Source: an uncultured virus (IMG/VR IMGVR_UViG_3300020531_000001) (lineage: Duplodnaviria; Heunggongvirae; Uroviricota; Caudoviricetes). From it: a stretch of DNA of 20,000 nucleotides. This document shows, in pieces, positions 15,411 to 20,000 of this stretch. Both the position numbers and the translations under genes were made by a program. The stretch spans positions 118,719 to 138,718 of the IMG/VR virus record IMGVR_UViG_3300020531_000001. The stretch is one strand, 5' to 3'. The number at the start of each line of letters is the position of its first letter. Within the stretch, counting starts at the first letter, position 1. The notes under the pieces are model-generated. The model saw only the letters and a list, made by a program, of their open reading frames with translations, was not told the origin of the DNA and ran no database searches.

Positions 15411-15438
15411 AATTTACCACCCTATTGCAAATTGTCAA
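15411..15438 (-). promoter_or_regulatory. Sigma70-type promoter for rmlB: TTGACA-N16-TAAATT (extended -10 TG)
   Basis: Minus strand reads TTGACA ATTTGCAATAGGGTGG TAAATT ATTCTT ATG. Confidence 0.65.
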
Positions 15439-15454
15439 TCTCGTTGTAATTAAA

Positions 15455-15461
15455 TTAAATA
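15455..15461 (+). promoter_or_regulatory. T4-like late promoter candidate TTAAATA
   Basis: 5 nt upstream of the ATG at 15467 of the only plus-strand gene. Confidence 0.5.
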
Positions 15462-15466
15462 ATTTT

Positions 15467-15940
15467 ATGGAATATCAAGATGACAGTTTAGATGAAGTCG
15501 CTGATAGCATTATAGACCAACTTAAAAATCAGGGTCAAAATTTAAAAAATATTGAAAAAGATTATCCAGAACTTTCTCCAGAAGATGTCGATTCTTTTAT
15601 TTTAAAATATGGATCAAAGGCTGTTATTGATCTTGCTGATGTACTGAAAGAGCAAGCGGATCTTGTAAAACAAACAGGAGACGAAAAACAAGTACTGGCA
15701 TTGGCTGAATTGGCAAAATCATTTCAAGGAAATTTAGAAGTATTACAAAAGAGAAGCATTGCAAATAATAAAAATGACACTGCTGTAAAAATAAAACAAA
15801 TGGATATTGATAGTAAAAAAGAATCTCAAGAACATGAAGAGATGACTCGGTTAACTATGAGCAGAGAAGAACTTTTTAAAATTATGATTCAACAAACAGC
15901 AGATGTTCAAAAAGAAAATAATAAAGTTATAGATATATAA
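15467..15940 (+). CDS. Putative terminase small subunit (T4 gp16-like) or helical hypothetical protein
   Basis: 157 aa and all-helical, with a central helical hairpin (VLALAELAKSFQGNLEVLQK) and C-terminal LTMSREELFKIM...VIDI, reminiscent of gp16-like tails. Late-promoter-like motif upstream. Confidence 0.5.
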   Translation: MEYQDDSLDEVADSIIDQLKNQGQNLKNIEKDYPELSPEDVDSFILKYGSKAVIDLADVLKEQADLVKQTGDEKQVLALAELAKSFQGNLEVLQKRSIANNKNDTAVKIKQMDIDSKKESQEHEEMTRLTMSREELFKIMIQQTADVQKENNKVIDI

Positions 15941-16861
15941 TTATTTTTTTATTCCCAGTTGACCAACGTTAGTACTCAATTCATACTCGACATTTTTAGT
16001 TTCGGTTTCAATTTTCAAGCTGCTTTTTCTTCTTTCAAAAGAATCATAAATATCACCCATTAAATCAGTTTCAACTTCTTCTCCGTTTATATCTACAACA
16101 ACTCTAGAGTTTGATGATTTTGATGTGTTTTTAGATGAGTCGAATGAATTGTATGTTTTCTTATCATAAAATATTCTATAATTTTCATCTTCTAAATATG
16201 TTTTAACTTTTGAAAAAATATCAGAACTTATCTGTGTCAATACATTATAAAAAAATCTATCACGAACACAATAAGTGCCATATGCTTGACTTTGCCAAGA
16301 TCCTGAATCTTCAGTGTCTATTCTATCTTGAGGTTTTTTATCTATCAACGGCAATGTATTATCAATACAAGAAGTTGGTATCATACCACTTCTAAAAACA
16401 TTTTCTGTTATTGTACTTCCTTCAATGGATATATCTTGTAAAAATTTTGGAATTTTATTATACACATCAACAGTTTGTCCAATCGGAGCTGATGAATTTG
16501 GAACTATGGTAACATTAGAATTCGTCACTTCTATATTTCCACATCTTCCCATTATATCTGGTATGTTTTTAAAATATTTTTTATTTTTTGATAATTCTCT
16601 GGTATATTGACCCAATGGTCCTCCCAACAATTGATTTACATAATAACGAACGGTGAATATATCTAATTGAGAACCTTCAGAATCTAGCTTGTTTATAAAT
16701 TTTTCAAGTTGATTAAGTCCTAATTCATAAACTTTTTTAAATTCTTCCATGAATTCTCTATCCTTGGAAGTAAACTCTGGAAATTCATTAAGATTCTTGA
16801 TGTTTTCAAGATCTTCTTTTGTGAACTCTATAGCTCTTAATATTTCAACTTTATTTCGCAT
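15941..16861 (-). CDS. Hypothetical protein, last gene of the baseplate operon (possibly structural)
   Basis: 306-aa ORF directly downstream of the hub gene. No motif recognised. Confidence 0.7.
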   Translation of the reverse strand: MRNKVEILRAIEFTKEDLENIKNLNEFPEFTSKDREFMEEFKKVYELGLNQLEKFINKLDSEGSQLDIFTVRYYVNQLLGGPLGQYTRELSKNKKYFKNIPDIMGRCGNIEVTNSNVTIVPNSSAPIGQTVDVYNKIPKFLQDISIEGSTITENVFRSGMIPTSCIDNTLPLIDKKPQDRIDTEDSGSWQSQAYGTYCVRDRFFYNVLTQISSDIFSKVKTYLEDENYRIFYDKKTYNSFDSSKNTSKSSNSRVVVDINGEEVETDLMGDIYDSFERRKSSLKIETETKNVEYELSTNVGQLGIKK

Positions 16862-16873
16862 TGTGTTTATTTG

Positions 16874-18187
16874 TTATTCAGCATCATCGCTAACATTACT
16901 AGTTGGACCTATATATGTTTTTGTACAAAAAAATTGATTTCTATATAAATCAGCATAAAATATATGTTGAATTTCTGTTACCAACCATCTACCAAGTAAT
17001 TTTTCATCACTTTTCCATTGTTCTTTTTTTGTTTTATATATATCTATGAATTTACCACTTTGTCTAAATGTATCTCCCAAATTGACAAATGTCGCTTGTA
17101 AATTATAAAATATCAAAGCGGCATTCATTTCAGCTTCAATTATCTTAACACTATCTTCAATTTGAAAAGGCATTCTATAATGCTTAAATTTCTCTGGTAA
17201 TGTATTATTGAATACTAAACAGGGTTTTGGCTTACCACCTATTGAACTGAAAACATCAACAAACTTTTTCTTCCACTTGTCTTTTAATTTTTTAATATCT
17301 ATTTTTTTAATTTTAGTTTCTCCCAAAATAGGATCATAACCATGCACTATTCTATTTACAAAAAAATTATTTGTAATATCATGAGATGGTGTTGAATATC
17401 CTATATTTCTACTACCCCCAATGTATGTTCCAGTCTCAGCGTCTGCAGGAGGGTTGTTTGGATTACTTGGATCAAATTCGCTGGTTAAATCTCCAATCGC
17501 AAAAGCATCCATTAAATTTTCTTTCTTTTTATTATCTTCAAACAATTTTGAAATTAATTGAAGATTGAATTTTTCTTTAGAATGATCCCATTGCAAAAAT
17601 GCCTTTACATAAATATCATCCGCCTTTGCATAAAAAACTCGCAACAAATAATATACAAGATCTATATACCTCCAATTTAAAGGTGGTATGTATGATAATT
17701 CAAAATCTCCAGATTCCCAATCACCAATTTTATCTTCTCCTAAAAGTTCTTTAAAAATATCTTTTAAAATATCTCCAACTTTACCTGAAAATGTTTTTGC
17801 GTATGGTATTTTTTCTAAAAATGGTAATACTTTAGCATCAACTAAATTGAAAGTTTTAATATTTTCTAATCTATTGTCGGGATATCCAGCATTATCATCG
17901 CTAGTTATACAAAATGTGTTTTCATATTTTTCTTTTTTACCATCTTTGGCTTTGAACATTATTTTAAATTTGTCTCTGCCATCTCCTCTTATAAAATATT
18001 TATTTTCTACAAAATCATAAGGGTTAGCAATTGATATTGTACCAGATTCAAACGGTTCGAATATATTATCAACCAATGTCATTCCTTTAACAGCAGATTT
18101 CGTGAATTTAACTTCTTGACCATCCGAATTGGTCAATTTAAATTCACACTCAAATTCAGCATCGTTGATTTTAAAAATGTCAGCCAT
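16874..18187 (-). CDS. Baseplate hub protein (T4 gp27 / late control D-like)
   Basis: 437 aa. N-terminal DNIFEPFESGTISI beta-barrel pattern and C-terminal GDTFRQSGKFIDI...GRWLVTEIQHIF. Synteny after the gp53-like gene. Confidence 0.7.
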   Translation of the reverse strand: MADIFKINDAEFECEFKLTNSDGQEVKFTKSAVKGMTLVDNIFEPFESGTISIANPYDFVENKYFIRGDGRDKFKIMFKAKDGKKEKYENTFCITSDDNAGYPDNRLENIKTFNLVDAKVLPFLEKIPYAKTFSGKVGDILKDIFKELLGEDKIGDWESGDFELSYIPPLNWRYIDLVYYLLRVFYAKADDIYVKAFLQWDHSKEKFNLQLISKLFEDNKKKENLMDAFAIGDLTSEFDPSNPNNPPADAETGTYIGGSRNIGYSTPSHDITNNFFVNRIVHGYDPILGETKIKKIDIKKLKDKWKKKFVDVFSSIGGKPKPCLVFNNTLPEKFKHYRMPFQIEDSVKIIEAEMNAALIFYNLQATFVNLGDTFRQSGKFIDIYKTKKEQWKSDEKLLGRWLVTEIQHIFYADLYRNQFFCTKTYIGPTSNVSDDAE

Positions 18188-18585
18188 TAATAATGTCTCC
18201 CTCCGAAAATTGTAGAGTTAGTGATATCAACATATATGGAAGTTTTATATACAATTGGTATGTATGATATTTCCGTTCCTCCATTCACATAAAATGGTGC
18301 GCCATCGAATTTATCTTTATTAAGTAAATATATTATCCACCAACTTTTAATATCTCCATAAATTCTATATGATAGTGTTGTTAGTGGTGTTCTAGCTTGT
18401 ACATTATAAAATTCTAAAAATTGGTTTCCTAATGTTGGAAATTCTATCTTTTTAAGAATATTATATGTATAAAATTCTTTATCATCTATAGATTGTTTGA
18501 ATATTTTAAATATTCTTTCATAATCTTCGATGTTTAATGCGCTCAAAGATGTAATCTCATTTTGATATTGACCAGCGTCCACCAT
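18187..18585 (-). CDS. Baseplate wedge protein, T4 gp53-like (LysM-like)
   Basis: TTLSYRIYGDIKSWWIIYLLN matches the gp53/LysM-like pattern; synteny. Confidence 0.75.
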   Translation of the reverse strand: MVDAGQYQNEITSLSALNIEDYERIFKIFKQSIDDKEFYTYNILKKIEFPTLGNQFLEFYNVQARTPLTTLSYRIYGDIKSWWIIYLLNKDKFDGAPFYVNGGTEISYIPIVYKTSIYVDITNSTIFGGRHY

Positions 18586-18586
18586 A

Positions 18587-19447
18587 TTATTTTACCTTTT
18601 CCATAAAGTTTGATGGTTCTGCTGTCAATGGTTGCAGTCCCATGTTTATTTCATATGCTTCGGGCATGATAACTCCGTTGACCATTCTTTTAGTTCCTAA
18701 TAAACGAACACTGAATGAACTACAGTAAGCCCATGGTATATAACGATATCCATATAATTTAGCTCTAAAAATTCTAGGAGGGTCCATTGATATGGCATCG
18801 TTTCTTTTGGGTCTGTTAATTTCAATTAATTTTTTAACCAATTCGTAATTTTTATTAAAATCAGAATTTAAAGTATTTGATAAAATAAAAGAAATATCCA
18901 TCGCTCCTTCATTTGCAGAAGAATAATCATACATTTTTGGGGTTTCTATATATGACCCAGGGCTACCACCGCCCTTAAGACCTTCCATCAACGCACCCAC
19001 CGCACCGCCTATATCTTTATTTTTAAAAGCACCTTCGGCTTTATTTATACCTTGATCACCGACCATTGCTGTTATTTGAGTAGCACCTCCAATATATTTT
19101 TGAGCTATGGTATCTAATGTAGATCCTATGCCACCGCTTCCTCCAAATCCATCTTGGAATGTATCTCCAAATTGATTATTGAAACTTCTAGCTTGATCAC
19201 TGAAATATGGAAAATAAAAATCGTCTTCTAATTTTGCAGATTTGTATAAATCATTATAAAATTGTTCTGCTGATTTGTTGGCTACTTCTAAATAAGAAGT
19301 TAATCTATCTATAACTTGATTTGATACAATTCTATATGAACGCAATACCACTTTAGGAGCATCATTTCTTAAAGCAGCTCCTCTTGGTACACTCGTCCAA
19401 TCATAATCTTTTACAACATTGTATTTACCCACAATATTATTTATCAA
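18587..19447 (-). CDS. Baseplate tail-tube cap/initiator (T4 gp48/gp54-like)
   Basis: Tube-fold pattern (FYFPY...ISFILSN...PPRIF...AYCSSFSV...PEAYEINMGLQPL) with a Gly-rich insertion. Lies between the tape measure and gp53-like genes. Confidence 0.6.
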   Translation of the reverse strand: MINNIVGKYNVVKDYDWTSVPRGAALRNDAPKVVLRSYRIVSNQVIDRLTSYLEVANKSAEQFYNDLYKSAKLEDDFYFPYFSDQARSFNNQFGDTFQDGFGGSGGIGSTLDTIAQKYIGGATQITAMVGDQGINKAEGAFKNKDIGGAVGALMEGLKGGGSPGSYIETPKMYDYSSANEGAMDISFILSNTLNSDFNKNYELVKKLIEINRPKRNDAISMDPPRIFRAKLYGYRYIPWAYCSSFSVRLLGTKRMVNGVIMPEAYEINMGLQPLTAEPSNFMEKVK

Positions 19448-20000
19448 CCAAGAGCATATACACTCCCAGCATATCCCATTCTATTATCACTTAATGATAT
19501 TCTATTTTTACCACCATCTGACATCATAGGGATTGGTTGAGGAATAACAGATGCGCTACCACTTGAGCCATTCATTCTTTTCATTTCTTTAAGTGTCAAA
19601 TTACCGATATTGACAAGCGCTTCTAAATATTTACATTGATTTAAACTAGCATGTTCAATAATTTGAGCAACACTTATAGCTTCATTGTTTTTAAATTCTG
19701 TTTGGTCATTTTTAGAATTTAGACCTTTTTCATTATTTGTTAATGTTTCATATTTGTTATTTGGAATTTCACCAGCTAAATTAATAATATCTTCAGAAAG
19801 TTTAACAAAGGCGTTAAGCATAACAGATTTAATATCGGGAATGATTCCTGAAAATATATCTTTTAAACTTTCTAAGTATGAAGAAAAAGAATCTGAAACT
19901 ATTGGTTTTGCTGCATTAAAAACATCAACTATAATTGAACCAATACCCTTTAATGATTCTGATATTGTTGGTTTTGCTGCATTAAAAACATCAACTATAA
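19444..20000 (-). CDS. Tape-measure-like protein, C-terminal part (5'-truncated by window edge)
   Basis: The frame of ORF 19444-19821 is open up to 19998: IVDVFNAAKPTISESLKGIGSI-IVDVFNAAKPIVSDSF... Shows a 22-aa amphipathic repeat and sits upstream of the baseplate genes. Confidence 0.65.
   Translation of the reverse strand, partial: IVDVFNAAKPTISESLKGIGSIIVDVFNAAKPIVSDSFSSYLESLKDIFSGIIPDIKSVMLNAFVKLSEDIINLAGEIPNNKYETLTNNEKGLNSKNDQTEFKNNEAISVAQIIEHASLNQCKYLEALVNIGNLTLKEMKRMNGSSGSASVIPQPIPMMSDGGKNRISLSDNRMGYAGSVYALG
19902..20000 (-). repeat. In-frame tandem repeat, period 66 nt (22 aa)
   Basis: 33 nt identical at 19902-19934 and 19968-20000 (ttggttttgctgcattaaaaacatcaactataa). Confidence 0.9.

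Noticed and set aside
833..18020. Plus-strand ORFs in the track other than 15425-15940 (e.g. 833-1108, 3441-3785, 4559-4972, 9066-9344, 10052-10267, 14827-15117, 17688-18020)
   Set aside because: They are antisense shadows of well-supported minus-strand genes and have no recognisable motifs.
1..20000. Stop-codon reassignment (alternative genetic code)
   Set aside because: Recognisable genes (rmlB, thyX, yopX, hub) are full length in the standard code. TAA, TGA and TAG (e.g. 6996) all end genes at positions that tile with neighbours.
1..20000. tRNA, rRNA or intron/homing endonuclease elements
   Set aside because: Intergenic gaps are all under about 65 nt once small ORFs are included. No cloverleaf or HNH/GIY-YIG/LAGLIDADG motifs were seen.

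Overview
AT-rich, densely packed segment of a large T4-like (myovirus-type) phage genome, with almost all genes on the minus strand. The right end (15.9-20 kb) is a tail/baseplate module: the C-terminus of a tape-measure-like gene with a 22-aa repeat, then gp48/54-like, gp53-like and gp27-like genes. One plus-strand gene (15467-15940) resembles a small terminase. The left 15.4 kb is a mosaic accessory region with rmlB/rfbB, thioredoxin, a NIF/HAD phosphatase, YopX, three metallophosphoesterases (one LpxH-like), a divergent thyX, two HExxH metallopeptidases, a lipoprotein with a Cys-His-Asp triad, a RadA/Sms-like ATPase lacking the zinc finger, and many small ORFs. The most striking signal is that accessory genes look like cassettes bounded by direct repeats placed exactly on stop/start junctions. 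A 16-mer (TAAAATATGATTATGA) recurs four times at 8.87-9.97 kb around two equal-length paralogs with conserved ends and unrelated cores, one of which has about 51% GC. Separate junction repeats flank a 54-aa ORF, thyX and a phosphoesterase. Promoter-like motifs sit about 5-6 nt before start codons and no clear Shine-Dalgarno sequences are visible, which suggests leaderless expression. All family calls come from motif recognition by eye, not database searches.
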